From NCBI RefSeq assembly GCF_011386835.1, contig NC_088791.1:245706001-245770000 (forward strand): a stretch of 64,000 nucleotides of DNA, given 5' to 3'. The notes under the pieces were generated by a model. It made no database searches and was not told where the DNA came from. It saw only the letters and a list, made by a program, of their open reading frames with translations. Both the position numbers and the translations under genes were made by a program. The DNA comes from Chrysemys picta bellii. Taxonomy: Eukaryota. Every line of letters starts with the position of its first letter. Positions within the stretch are counted from its first letter, which is position 1. Positions 51,420-63,789 of this stretch are shown here, in pieces.

Positions 51420-52869
51420 ACCTAGGATAAACCACAAACATGCATGCTGTGGAACAAATGTTTGCCAAGTGTCCTGACTAGCATGTTTAAGCATGTTACC
51501 TAGTTCAAGTCCATCATAATAAACTAACTCAAGATAAAAAAAACGCTAGTCTAGTCATTCCCCCTGCCAGGAATGGCACTGAATGAAGCAGTATGTTGGG
51601 CTTCAGCAACTGAAGTATTTGATCAGTTAAAAAGCAAGCACTCACATAAAAAGCTGTAAATTTTGAAGTGGTTGTAGATGCATGCTATGTAAGCCAAAAC
51701 ACTTATCCTGGCACATATTTGTTCTGCAGGCAGAGAAGTAGGGCAAGACATCAAAACTATAGTGCCAAAAATAAAAATTCAAATATAACCCAAAGGATAT
51801 TAATACAAATGAGATTATCTTATAGTTTGTATTTTGCCACATCTGTCTTATTTTTGTCTATTTCTGCATAAAAGAATTGCAAAGAAAAAGAGGTTTCATC
51901 TTTATAAACTGTAGATTGTAGCCATCTGATAAGAAAAAAATATTATGCTCTAACCTGAAGAGGCAATTACCCCTTCTTGTTATTAGAAAGAGTTCACATT
52001 TGACACTGATTTGGAAATCAAAAATAACTACATTTGGTAAGTGCAGATTCAACATGCTCCAAAGGGTTGCGCACGGAACTGTTCTTGAGAATCTCAGACT
52101 GACTCCCAGTATTACTGGTCCAGTCAGGAATGAAGAAAACAGCTGTGATCACAGACAAAGCAGTTTCCAGTTTCACCTACAGCTAAGAGACAGAAAACAT
52201 CCATGACTAAATCATTATTACTACATGTCCCCTCTTCTCTGTGAGCAATCTTCACCCACCTCAGCCCCACAGGGGATTATACTAACAAGAAAAAAAATGG
52301 AGTGGATTTAGGTTTGAGCTTGAGCTATGACAAACAACAAATTAATACAAGTTAGATTGTAGAAACAGACCTCAATGTAGTTCATGGACCATATTTAAAA
52401 ATATTTACCTACCTTCTTCTGATTCCTGGATAATTGACCATTATATAAAATAAACAGCAGTGTTACAATGCTATCCTACTTTTCGGTTCATAAAGCAATT
52501 TAAAATTTAGTTTACACGTAACTGCTTGTATCTTTTATTGCATTGCCCTCTGCCCCCCCCCCCTCCACCAATAACATCAGCCTCAGCTGCCTGTTTTTAT
52601 ACACTTCTCCCACAGCCATCTTCCCAATTTCTATCATGCAATTTCCCATGCAAAGAGTATCCTCCCTGAACGGACACATATGGCCACTATTCTCTACTCC
52701 TTCAAATCACTCCTCAATACCCTACCTTCTGCTATAATGTCTACAACCTATCAACCAAATAGCAATGGCTAGGTCAGAGGCAACAAGAAAAAGTACTAAA
52801 AATTTTTAAGAGAAATTATTCACCACCATCAAGGTGACATATGTAACCAAGTGGCTTTGATATCATTAC

Positions 52870-53005
52870 CCTTGTCCTTCCTCCCATGTCCTTCCTACTC
52901 TTTTGTCCACAGTCATTGCATCTTTTCTTAAATTAGATGGTAAACTCTTCAGGGTAGGCATTGTGCATTATGGTGTGTTTAGACAGCTTCTAGCACACGG
53001 GGGCC
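52870..53005 (+). mobile_element. L2-type 3' tail fragment
   Basis: ttagatggtaaactcttcagggtagg...tgtttagacagcttctagcacacgggggccc resembles the L2/L2-mobilised SINE 3' end. Confidence 0.55.
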
Positions 53006-53689
53006 CTAATACCAACTGGGATATTTGGTGATTACTATGTTAATAAGAAGATTAAAATCAGACTGTTTAGCTATGATTTTGTTAAAGGAATATCCATTAT
53101 GTAAATTTGTAACATCACTGTGAATATGGATATGTGGGTGTATAAATGTTTTCTCCTCCCTTTGCCTTTTACTGGCCAAAGACTTGTTTTGTTTTGAAAA
53201 GATTTGAGGTAATCCTGAGAAGTACAAATATTTTCCAGGGGGAAAAAAGAGCAGGGCTGACCTTGTGGGTAGGTTACACACAGGTGGCTGGCTAAAGCAT
53301 CTAATTTTTAGAGAGGGTCCTCCCCTGCCTTCTTTCTCTACCAGCCAGGACAGTTTTTGGAAAGTCTGCCCCTTTAAGGGAATCCCCTGAACCACAAGAA
53401 ACATCAGTGGCAACTGGGGCCAGGAACCACTGAACCTGCATGGCTCCATCTTGACCACCTTCTGCCTAGCAGCCAGAATTTTTTTTTTTGTGAGAGATGG
53501 GGTGGGGGGCTGTCTGCTGTTAAGGGTCCTGAATACACAACCAGCCGGGCCAATGGCAGCCAGGAACCTTAGTATTAAAATTGTGGGGGAACCCACTCCA
53601 TTTATTCAGTCTCAAATCTCTATATAGACATATAAACAAGGCACAAATATATTGACAGACAATGCTGTACAGACCTACAATATTTATAT

Positions 53690-54271
53690 GATGTATAACC
53701 GGGAATAGTAAGGAGAAGTAGGGAGGTGATTTTACCTCTGTATACGGCATTGGTGAGAGTGATACTGGAATAATATATACAATTCTGGTGTCCATATTTT
53801 AAAAAAGATTTTGAAAAAGTGGAGAGGATGCAGAGAAGAGCCACAGAAATTGAGGGCTAGAAAAAATGGCTTACAATGAGAGACCTAAAGGACTCAATCT
53901 GTTTGCCCCATCCAAGATTACTCTGTACAAATACCTTCATGGAGAAAAAATATTAGGCTCTAAAGGCATTGTAATCTAGGCAAGAATGGTATAACAGGAC
54001 CCAACGGCTAGAAGTTAAAGCCAAACAAATTAGAAATAAGACACATTTATAACAGTGAGGGAACAAACTATCAAGAGAAGTGGTGGGTTATTTATCTCTT
54101 GAAATCTTCAAAATTGAGACTGGATGCCTTTCCTTCTTGGAAAATATGCTTTAGTCAAACGCAAGTTATTGGGCTTAATACAGGAGCAACTGGATGAAGT
54201 TCTCTAGTTTGTGTTACAGAAGACATCAGACTACATGATCAAATGGTCCCCTCTGGCCTTAGTCTATGAAT
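53690..54271 (+). mobile_element. Old CR1 3' fragment
   Basis: ttacctctgtatacggcattggtgag...ggagaggatgcagagaagagccaca (PLY.ALVR / LERVQRRAT) followed by CR1 3'UTR ending agtctatgaa. Confidence 0.8.
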
Positions 54272-55367
54272 ACACAGAATTAAATTATTTTCATATCTGA
54301 AGGCAGGAAGAATGCTGAGCCACTGCATGGATTAGTCCAAAGTCTATTCAAGTGAAATCTGATATTGCAGTGAAAAATGTGGGAGTTCCCACATAATGAT
54401 TTGGAAAATAATTAATTATTATAATGGGTTGTAATTTAAATAGTATTTCCAGAGTTACAGTCAGTCTTCAGAAGAGTATCTTTAAAATGCGTGATAATGA
54501 AAAAATATACTAAATGTCTGAAGTGGCATGTACTAAAGATGTTGAAAATATTTGGACTAAGTACAATTAAAGAAATTTAGTTTTGTGCTTTGATATAATG
54601 GCATGCGTGCCCTTGAAAGTACTAAGTACTTGAAATCCACTAAGCACACAGAGCTTTTTGTTTGTCTTGCATTGTGTAGTTTTCCTCCTTGCCCAGTTTC
54701 TACCACTTGATTTTCTTTTTTATGCAATAGACTAGCTAACCTCTTTTGTTTTTTAAGATTTGTTTCCCACACTTGTCCTGGCAAGAGTGTGGTGCTTTTT
54801 GTGAATAAAATATAGTTACTGTTGAACATATGACTTCATATCACAATAATCTAGTTGCCTACCAAAATATTTTGTTAATCTACCTATATATTGAACTGAC
54901 TTCCCTAGGTTGACAGTAACTTGGAAGATAATTTCCTGGTCATTGATCAAGTCCAGTCGTCTTAAGGCATTTAGAACCTTAAAGGGATCAGCAGCACAGT
55001 TTCAGTGTGTTTAGGGATACTGAAAAAAGATGTCCTATAGAAGTGTCATAAAATTTATCAGAATTGGATTACCATATTTTAACTTTTTGGTATCTTCAGC
55101 TTTACAAATCCACAAGGATGGAATTTCCCTCTATGAACATGATCAACAGGCAATATTACCATCAATAAAACTCTAGCCCCTTTCTAAGAGACAAATTCAG
55201 GATAATCAGGAAGGTAGGTGAAATGATTCTTTGCTCCATCCCTAAATTAAGGTTCCCTAGGATTTAGGGCCTTCTCCAGCACAGATTATTTTATGATACT
55301 TGTATTCCCCTCCTAATACCCTCTGAGGCCCCCAGCCATGAATCTCTCTCCTTCTACTTCCCCACCC

Positions 55368-56679
55368 CAGTGTGGATTGATTTAAATCAAGGTGACTTTA
55401 AATCAGGGGTTCTCAACCTTTTCCTTTTTGAGCCCCCCCCAACATGCTATATAAACTCCACGGTCCACCTGTGCCACAACAACTGTTTTTCTGTATATAA
55501 AAGCCAGGGCAGGCATTAGGGAGTAGTAAGCAAGGCAATTGCGTGGGCCTCCCTGCCACAGGGGGCCCTGAAAAGCTAAATTGCTCAGGCTTCAGCTTCA
55601 GCCCCAGGTGGTGGGGCTTTGAGCCTCACGAGGACTTCAGCCCTGCATAGTGGGGCTTCTGCTTTCTGCCCTGGGCCTCAGTGAGTCTAATGCTGGTCCT
55701 GCTTGGTGGACCCCCTGAAACCTACTCGCAGCCCCCCAGGGGGCCCTGGACCCCTGGTTGAAAAATGGTGACTTAAATCACCAAGTGCAAAACCTCAATT
55801 TTATAGAATTGATTTTTAGTCAATTTCAGTTATTTTCTAAAGAAAGATGCATTATCCTTGGTTGATATAACGATTGAAATGTTGATTTACAACTACACAG
55901 AGCTTTATGCTAGATGCAGTACATCTTTTTGCTACCTCCAAGGTTATACTATAAACACTATAACTGTATACATTTATTTAAGAAATTGTATATCTTAATA
56001 TTTCCAGATTAACTGTATTATTTTTGTCTATTAGAAAATGGTGAATGATACATGGTTTATTTACTAGATAATTTACTTTCTGTCCATTTGTGTCAAGCTG
56101 CATTCAGATGGTAACTGGAATTTAATGAAACACAGAACAGCATATCAAATTTATTTTTATTACACAAAACAACCTTCAATGTTTTGGATGCATACATTTT
56201 TTTATCAAAACACATTTCACATTTACAACTAAATTATAGTTAATCCCTCTGTTTAATAAATGGTAAGTTAAACTGATCATTTCAGCCTGGGGACATTTTC
56301 AAATATGCCAAAGTGAAAGTGACTGGAAGTTAAGTTCCTATTTGCCTAAGTCTCTTGAAACTGAGACAGTCTAAGTTATGCTTTCTATCATATTTATAAA
56401 GCTTGACCTCAAAAGTTAGATTTGTCCTCCACTCCCGATTTTCTATACAGAAAAGCAGCCTTTAACACTGAAGTTTTGATAGTGGCTCATGGATTCAGCA
56501 TATTTTTTTTAATGTTCTAAACGATTATAGTAAGTTAAGTCTTTAACATAATTTGTATTAAATTCAGATTTAATTTCAAACCGGTTTTCTTTTTAAAAAT
56601 AATTAACGTAAACAATCAAAATATCTGATTTGTTGTTTTAAAACATTTTCAAAAAAATCATTGAGTTTTATCCACTCTG
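55368..56679. mobile_element. AT-rich non-autonomous hAT element hosting a nested MITE
   Basis: TIRs CAGTGTGGAT / ATCCACTCTG; 8-bp TSD CCCCACCC / CCCCATCC (7/8); subterminal tt(t)aaatca repeats. Confidence 0.8.
55404..55770. mobile_element. hAT MITE nested in 55368-56679
   Basis: TIRs CAGGGGTTCTCAACC / GGTTGAAAAATGGTG; flanks CTTTAAAT / ACTTAAAT (6/8). Confidence 0.8.
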
Positions 56680-56954
56680 CCCCATCCCCATGTTAACACA
56701 CTGATCAGTGTGTTAGGAGAAAGAGAGAGAAGGGATGTCTTTCAGGGCTGCCTTTGCTATCTTTGCCCCTACCCCACAAGAGGGGACAAGGGAATGGTTG
56801 TATCCTACATATGTGGTTCAAATGGTTGATCATTTTACCTAAAGCAAGCTGCTTCATCATAGTGACATAGTTAATGCTACAGTAAATTATTACTAACAAA
56901 AAAATATGTCTCAAAGTAAAACGGAGTTACATCCATCATAAGACTACTAAAAAC

Positions 56955-57164
56955 AAAAAGCAACAGAGGGTCCTGTGGCACCTTTAAGACTAACAGAAGT
57001 ATTGGAGCATAAGCTTTCGTGGGTGAATGCCCACTTCATCAGACGCAAGTGGGCATTCACCCACGAAAGCTTATGCTCCAATACTTCTGTTAGTCTTAAA
57101 GGTGCCACAAGACCCTCTGTTGCTTTTTACAGAGTCAGACTAACACGGCTACCCCTCTGTTACT
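56955..57164. mobile_element. Penelope-like palindromic mini-element, copy C
   Basis: 82-bp inverted arms (56955-57036 / 57047-57128, 1 mismatch), 10-nt loop, tail cagactaacacggctacccctctg, TSD TAAAAAC(AAAAA) at 56948 and 57165. Confidence 0.85.
57007..57046 (-). ncRNA. Minimal type-I hammerhead ribozyme motif (PLE type)
   Basis: Minus strand GCGU-CUGAUGA-A-GUGGG cauuca CCCAC-GAA-AGCU-U^AUGC: 4-bp stem I (one G.U), intact CUGAUGA/GAAA core, 5-bp stem II, palindromic AGCU stem III. Activity not tested. Confidence 0.7.
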
Positions 57165-57252
57165 TAAAAACAAAAAAGTAGTCTAAACCAGGGTATTCTG
57201 TCTCTGCTTAAAAAAATACAGAAGCTATTGCAGGTGACTTCAAGAATACTAG

Positions 57253-58108
57253 TGTCATGGTTTCTGGGTTAGCTGAACCGCTGTCCCTACTTGTGGTGTT
57301 TTGGAGTGCACCCCCAGAGGTGTCAGGTCTTCATTTTCTCTGGGGTGAAATTCTGTATTTAGCCTGCTGTCAGACCGGGATTACAGTCCCTCCTCCCCCC
57401 GCAGGTACCCACTGTTACTATGTCAGCAGGTCCAACTGGGGTCAGACCCTGCAAGGGTTTCTCTTTGGGAGCCTGTAACAAGATAGTGTTTCTGCATCAC
57501 TGCAAACGTGTCTTCAAAACAAAGCGTGATTTATTTTGCCCCAAAGGTTCACAGCACTTATAGAAGTAGATTTAAAATAACAGACATGCCAACACATTTC
57601 CTTACCTAAACTTAACCTGTCTGTCCATAGCTTGGGGTGAGGGAAAGGCAGATCTGGCTTATTCCCCTCTGAGTTGGGACAACCTACCTATACTGTTTGC
57701 AGCCTTCTCCCTCTGAGTGTTTTTAGTCAGACTCTCAGCCTACTCACTGACACATCCTGGCCACCCTCTGATCATTTCCCTTCTTCCCTCCTTCAAGGAG
57801 CACCAATCAGGTCTTTTGATCTTTAGGCTCTCAGCCTTGGCAAAATCAAAACTTGTTAATTTTGCTGGCATCTGGAGATAGCATTTTCTAGTAATGGCCA
57901 CATGGTTCTCATGACTGCTTTGAAGCTGTGTACCTGAAGCTGGGTTTTCTCTGTCGTTGCTTTTCCTTTCCTGGGTTCTTTAGCAACCCATTTACAGCCT
58001 TCTTTGATTTTAATGCTAAGTATTCAGGCAGGCAGCACTACAAAATTGAACAAGAAAGTAACACCTAACATGCCTGAGAAATAATAGACATTTCCCCATT
58101 TCATCCCA
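57253..58108 (-). mobile_element. Degraded solo LTR (Gypsy-like)
   Basis: Begins TGTCATGG; layout parallels 29418-30154 (tttatt on plus, i.e. AATAAA on minus; end catttccccatttcatccca); TSD not confirmed. Confidence 0.5.
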
Positions 58109-59947
58109 ATTACCATTATGGAAAGCCTAAGGATGTTCTAAAACTTCATTGCAATTTATATATGGGCCACCTTACCACTGTAGCTCTTAAACCCAGGGCA
58201 TGGCCAACCTTCTCTCTTAAAGGTATCTCCTGACTCTCCCAACCTTGCCACCATGGTATTCTACCAAGAGTGTGCAGTTTCGTGTTTATGTAAGCTTCCT
58301 TAGCCACACTCTAAAGCCTGTAATTTTCCTTTAAAGGACCAAACTTCCTTTTATGTCCAATGCTAAGTGTTTGTTTTACCTTCACCTTTTGATTTGTAGT
58401 ATCTGTGAGGGAAAATGTAGATTGTTGATGTACCCTGTCCAGTGTATCTGATTTATTCTGGCTTACCTATGAATATTATTTTGTTTTTAATTTTGAGGCA
58501 CAAAGAAACAGTGAAAGAATGTCCTCTTGGATTGTTGTGCTAAAGTGAAATACTCGAGATTCTCTGATCTGGAGCGTCTACTCCATTACTAGAGGCAGCA
58601 AGACTGAGAGGATGAAGTACATGAGCTTTCTATTAGTTATATGTATGTATGCACTGAATCTGTTCAAAACTTGTGTCCAGAAATAGTAATTTCAAAATAC
58701 TTAAAAATATATATATAATCACTTAAATGATGTAGCAAAATAAATTCCCTGCTATAACTGTTGTAGGAGTTTAGAATTGTTTGTTAAAGAGCTTGGAAAG
58801 GTTTAAATTAAACAAACCTCAAAAGCTTTAAAAAAATTAAAAAGGGAAATGTAAAAAATACTAGAGACCCAGGGCTACTAAGAAAGACCCACTACTACCC
58901 ATTTTAAAGTGTAATATCTCTGATACATCAGAAACTATCAGAAAAGCTTGCATCCCAAATGTTTATAACTGGAATCAGGTTTCTCCGTACTCAAGGTACA
59001 TCCAGCAGTGCTACCCATGAGCGAGACCCTCTAACTTTTTAGTAGGACATTGTCCACAATCCACTACCTGAAAAATCAAAATTTCCCCTTTTAATTAAAA
59101 ACCCAAACCCAGTTATCTTGCTTGTGATTCAAAAAGCCAGATAACTTCCTAACCACCTACATGTCCCAAACCAGAGTGAACACCTCATTCACTGCTATCA
59201 CAAAAAATAGTTCCAGAAGTTGTTTCCATTACATGTAGCTCCTAACTACATGTGATGGCTCAGGGTAAGTCAAATGTTCCAAGTCTCACTAGCTATCCCC
59301 TTACGTAAGCACATAATCAACTTACATTAACCAGCAAAGTAGGTAATTACCTCTTACACTCAGAACATAGTTCATCACCCCCATTTGAGTTATTATAATG
59401 TATAATTGACCCCTTGAGATGCTTGCATTCTAGCAGAATTGGCAGGTTTTAATGATGTGCTTGTATAGACTCATGGCCCCTATAAAATCATAGAGTTAGA
59501 AGGGACTGCAAGGGTCATCTAGTCTAACTCCCTGGCAAGATGCAGGATTTGTCGTCTAAACCAGCAAAGACAGATGGTGATCCAGCCTCCTTTTGAAAAT
59601 CTCCAGTGAAAGAGCTTCTACAACCTCCCTAGGCAGTCTGTTCCATTGTCCTACCATTCTTATGGTTAGGACGTTTTTTCCTGAGATTTAATCTAAAATT
59701 TAATCTAAAAGTTTGAACCCATAGCCTCTTAGACTGCCATTTGTGGCAAGAGAGAACAGCTTTTCTCCATCTTTTTTATGGCAACCTTTCAAGTATTTAA
59801 AGGCTGCTGTCATGTCCCCCCTTAATCTCCTCTTTTCCAACAGAACATACCCAGTTCCTTCAGCATTTGCTCATTTGGCTTGCATTCCATCCAGTTGACC
59901 ATCTTCATCACTTGCCTCTGGATCCTTTCCAGTTTCTCTACATCCTT

Positions 59948-60910
59948 GATGCCACCTTAAACCGGGACATGATAAAGTTAGCTGACTCTACTGTAAGACT
60001 TGGTGCCTCCAGCCAAGCGTCATAAAAAGAGTCTCCGGTTTGTTCCATCACGCCAGAGCAATCCGAGAACTGAATGTTTATTTGAATGGTCAGAAGGTGA
60101 AGCATGAAGTAGAACCGGTCTATGTAGGAGTGACCTTAGACTGCACATTAAGTTACCATGCCCACCTGAAGAAGACAGCAGCTAAAGTTAAGACATGCAA
60201 CAATCTTCTTAGCAAACTGGCAGGTTCATCATGGGGTGCTCGTGCTCCAACTTTGTGGATGTCAGCTCTTCCCACCTCATATTCGGTGGCGGAGTACTGC
60301 GCACCAGTTTGGAGTCGATCGTCACACACCAAACTGGTGCATATGCAGTTACATGCCGCCATGCGTATCATCTCCAGCACCCTGCGTCCAACTCCACTCT
60401 GATGGCTTCCACTTCTGAGCAATATTGCTCCTCCTCCTATCAGATGAGAGGTTGCCACTGGCAAGTTACTGGAGAAAGTACGTGCCAACTCAAGCCTGCC
60501 GCTGCACAACGACCTTTTTAAGTCACCAGATGCATGTTTGTCGTCATGTTGCCCATTATGGTCTCAACCGCCACGTCACGATGTTAGGGCAGAAACACTC
60601 TGGCGAGAGGAATAGATATCTGTTATAATCCCCAACCAGTCCCTCGTTGCTGACGCCACAATTTGCCCACCTGGTTTTGACCTGCCCAGTCGCCAATTGT
60701 CCCTGTTGAACAGGTTCTGGACTAGGTAAGGTCTCTGTGCAGCCAACCAGTATCACTGGGGCTTTGTGACAGCCCTTTTTGCAGCAGCGGTGCAACTCAG
60801 ACGATGATGCACATTGTCAAGGAATGCCTGCTGACTAGATTCAGCGGTGGCCTAGAAGAACTGCATCATGCCACTGAAGATGCTAGACGACTATGTACAT
60901 GCTACGTAAT
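59948..60910 (+). mobile_element. 5'-truncated Vingi/Ingi-related (I-group) non-LTR retrotransposon
   Basis: ORF 60040-60402 VYVGVTLDCTLSY...KLAGSSWGARAPTL..SAL..YSVAEYCAPVWSRSSH, then a C-terminal CCHC-like DSPFCSSGATQTMMHIVKEC with no RNase H between; inserted within CR1 sequence catcctt|tatacagtgg. Clade name from recalled motifs. Confidence 0.7.
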
Positions 60911-61861
60911 TATACAGTGGTGACCAAAATTGTATACAGTATTCCAGCTGAGGCCTAATCAGCACCACATAGAGCAGTTCTATCACCTCCTGTGACTATG
61001 CCCCTGTTAAAGCAACCTAAAGTTTTCTCTTTTTTTGCAACAGCATCACATTGCTGACTCAGGTTGCAGTTGTGATCATGCACAAATCCCAGATCCTTCT
61101 CAGCAGTGCTGCTGCCAAAACAGTTATTCCCCATTCTGTATTTGTGCATTTGGTTTTTCTTCCCAAGTGTAGCACCTTACCTTTATCTGTGTTGAATTTT
61201 ATTTTGTCGTCTATAGCCCAGTTTTTAAAATTATTCAAGATCCCTCTGAATTTTAGCTCTATCCTCCAAAGTATTGACAACTCCCCCTAGCTTTTTGTCA
61301 TCTGCATATTTGATCAGTATGCTCTATTCCTAAATCCAGGTCATTAATAAAGATGTTAAACAACCCTGTGGAACCTCACTTGAGATCTCCCTACAATCTG
61401 ACATCATTCCATTAATAATTACTCTTTGTTTACAGCTGTTTAACCAGTTATGTAGCCTCTTAATGGTAGTTAAGCTGAGCCCACATTTCTCCAGCTTACT
61501 TATCAGAATGTCATGTGGGACTGTCAAAAACCTTGCTGAAGTCCAGGCATGTCCATCATATTTCCCCCATCCACCAAACCAGTTACCCTGTCAATAAAGG
61601 AAATCAAGCTGGTTTGGCATGATTTTTTTTTTTTTAGTAAATCCATGCTGGCTGCTAGGGATTACCCCTTCATCTTCCAGGTATTCACAAATTGAATGTT
61701 TTACAGTATACATTGCTCTAGTAGATTCCCAGCTATTGAGATCAGGCTGACTGGTCTATAGTTCCTTGGCTCCGCCTTTTTCTCCTCTTTAAACATGGGC
61801 ACTATGTTAGTCCTTCTTCAGTCTCCCGGGACCTCTCCTGCCATCCATGAGTTTGCAAATA

Positions 61862-62069
61862 TAATAGAATCCTGTTTATCAGATCCTCCATTATCCAGCT
61901 CTCCGCATGAACCAAACAACCAGGACTCCAGGGCCAAAGTGGGCGATCTCATCTGTAATTGCTAAATGACACTAGAGCATCTCACTTTCCCGTTCTATGG
62001 ATTATCTACTTTTTTTATCATCTGATCTGGCTCCGATCCCAATTAGATTGAATAAATGGGGTTCTGCTG
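61862..62069. mobile_element. Tc1/mariner-type MITE (~208 bp) inside CR1
   Basis: TA on both sides (61860-61861, 62070-62071); removing it restores CR1 gcaaa-TA-ttattgcc; degenerate TIRs taatagaatcctgtttat / ataaatggggttctgctg. Confidence 0.75.
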
Positions 62070-63789
62070 TATTATTGCCAATGGCTCCAAGATTTCTTCA
62101 GCTAATTCCTTCAGTACCCTGGGGTGAATAGTATTAGGCTCTGCTGATTTGAATTCATTCTAATTGGTCAGAAGATCTCTGAAGTGTTCTTTACTTATCC
62201 TTTTTTGCATTCCTTCCTCTTTGTTGTCTAGGGTAACTTTGCTATCTTTTAGCAGCACTTAGCAGCTGCACAGTTGCCGAATATAGTAATGGATTTGTCA
62301 GTGTAAACAAGGCTTCGAAGTGAAGTCTTAGTTTTAAAGTGAATGTGTGGAAAAATCACTGTCTTAAAAGATTTGCTGTGTGTATTCAGTCATAGCTGTT
62401 TACTTTGACGAATTTTCTTTAATTTTTCACTCCAGTTCTGCAGAGCAAACGGAGACAAGTGAGGTATGTTGGATTCTATTTCCTTCTTGAGTATCTTGAA
62501 GAGAATTGTTTGTCAATTTCCAATCAGATTCACCTGTGCGAATCTACTGACAGTAGTGAAGTTGCACAGATGTAACTGAGGGCATAATTAGGCATGCAGA
62601 ACATGGTCAGTTCCTAGGGATGATACACAAGATGGGAATACTCCAGCTTGACTTTCAGGTTGAGTTTGCAGGGCTGGCAGGTAAGATAACAAAAAGCAAA
62701 CCATTCTTCTACTGCCTGTCAAGAGTATATTTGATTCAATATTGTTGAGATGCAAAAACTGAACTCCACGGTGCCATTCCTAAACTCTCTTCAGATTAGC
62801 ATCACACTTTGAGTATTTACTTTTCTCTAGAAAAAATATTTTTCTACTTGGAATTCCTTTTAAAAGTACTGGACCTTTTTAAGACAGCCCTCTTACACAG
62901 TGTCGGTATGGGACAATTTGCCATGCTATACTGCTAATTCCCAAACTCCCCCTCTCTAAGATGGCCTGGCTGGTATGGAGCGGGGTAGTGAACTGGAGCT
63001 GCATTGATAAGGTGGTTTCTAGTTAAAGGGAAAAAGATTTGTTTATTAATACTTCAGTTCCAGAAATGTCAAATCTGGCATCTTTCCTAACAATTAAACT
63101 CCCTTAAACCTTCCTCCCTTTCATCAGCCTCTTTTCAGAAAGGAAACAACCTCTTTATGGAGACCTCCAAACCTGAAGAGAAAGTTCTTGAGTTTAAGTA
63201 TTTTAAAATAGAACACGGTGGTTAGCTTTGCCAAACATTTTATTATAATAAATGCAGTTTTACACAGGGACCCTGTAATGTACGTGGACAGCAATCAAAA
63301 CAATCTTGAGATAATATAAGAGACAAAAAGGTGCAAGTCTTTCAAACCCAGTTCCAATTTGTTTTGTGAAATTCTTTAGTATAACAGAGTGAGTTATCTA
63401 CATTCTGTACTTTACCTAATTTAGCAGTGACAGTCTGTGTTAAGCAACTGACATTAAAGAGCGAGGGGTTAACTGGTGAAAGGAGTGAAGGGTCAGTGCA
63501 TATGGTTAGATACAAGAAGAATTTAGGCCCATTAAAAAAGTCTCCTTGGGCTAACTGAAGGTTTTCCACCCACAAGGGGAATGCTTTCTCTCATACTAAG
63601 AACAGGTAAGAACTGCTAGGACATCCTAGAGACTAAATGATACACAGATGTCTGTAGATGCAGATTTGTGGCTTCAGAGAGCTAGTTACACGTTAATCTG
63701 TCAAGCCAGAGCATTTACTGGCTGGCAGTCACGAATCCCCTCTGTACTGACCTCTAGAGACCACCGGTTAGCCCACATGAGGAAAAAAA

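Larger units (their letters stand above)
59487..62243 (-). mobile_element. CR1 LINE (same subfamily as 13670-15845), interrupted by a Vingi-like LINE and a TA-MITE
   Basis: CR1 3'UTR at 59487; ORF2 remnants VPHDILISKLEK, KFNTDKGKVLHLG, KDLG; exact 24-nt reverse-complement match 62101-62124 vs 14419-14442. Confidence 0.9.

Noticed and set aside
16195-51427. CTAG-centred target sites in two hAT TSDs (GTCTAGAC, ACCTAGGA)
   Set aside because: Matches the known target preference of Charlie/Buster-type hAT transposases; not novel.
53006-53596. 196-aa ORF on the ATP11A strand
   Set aside because: Non-ATG start, no recognisable domain, crosses a low-complexity T run and a sharp composition change, and has no convincing splice context.
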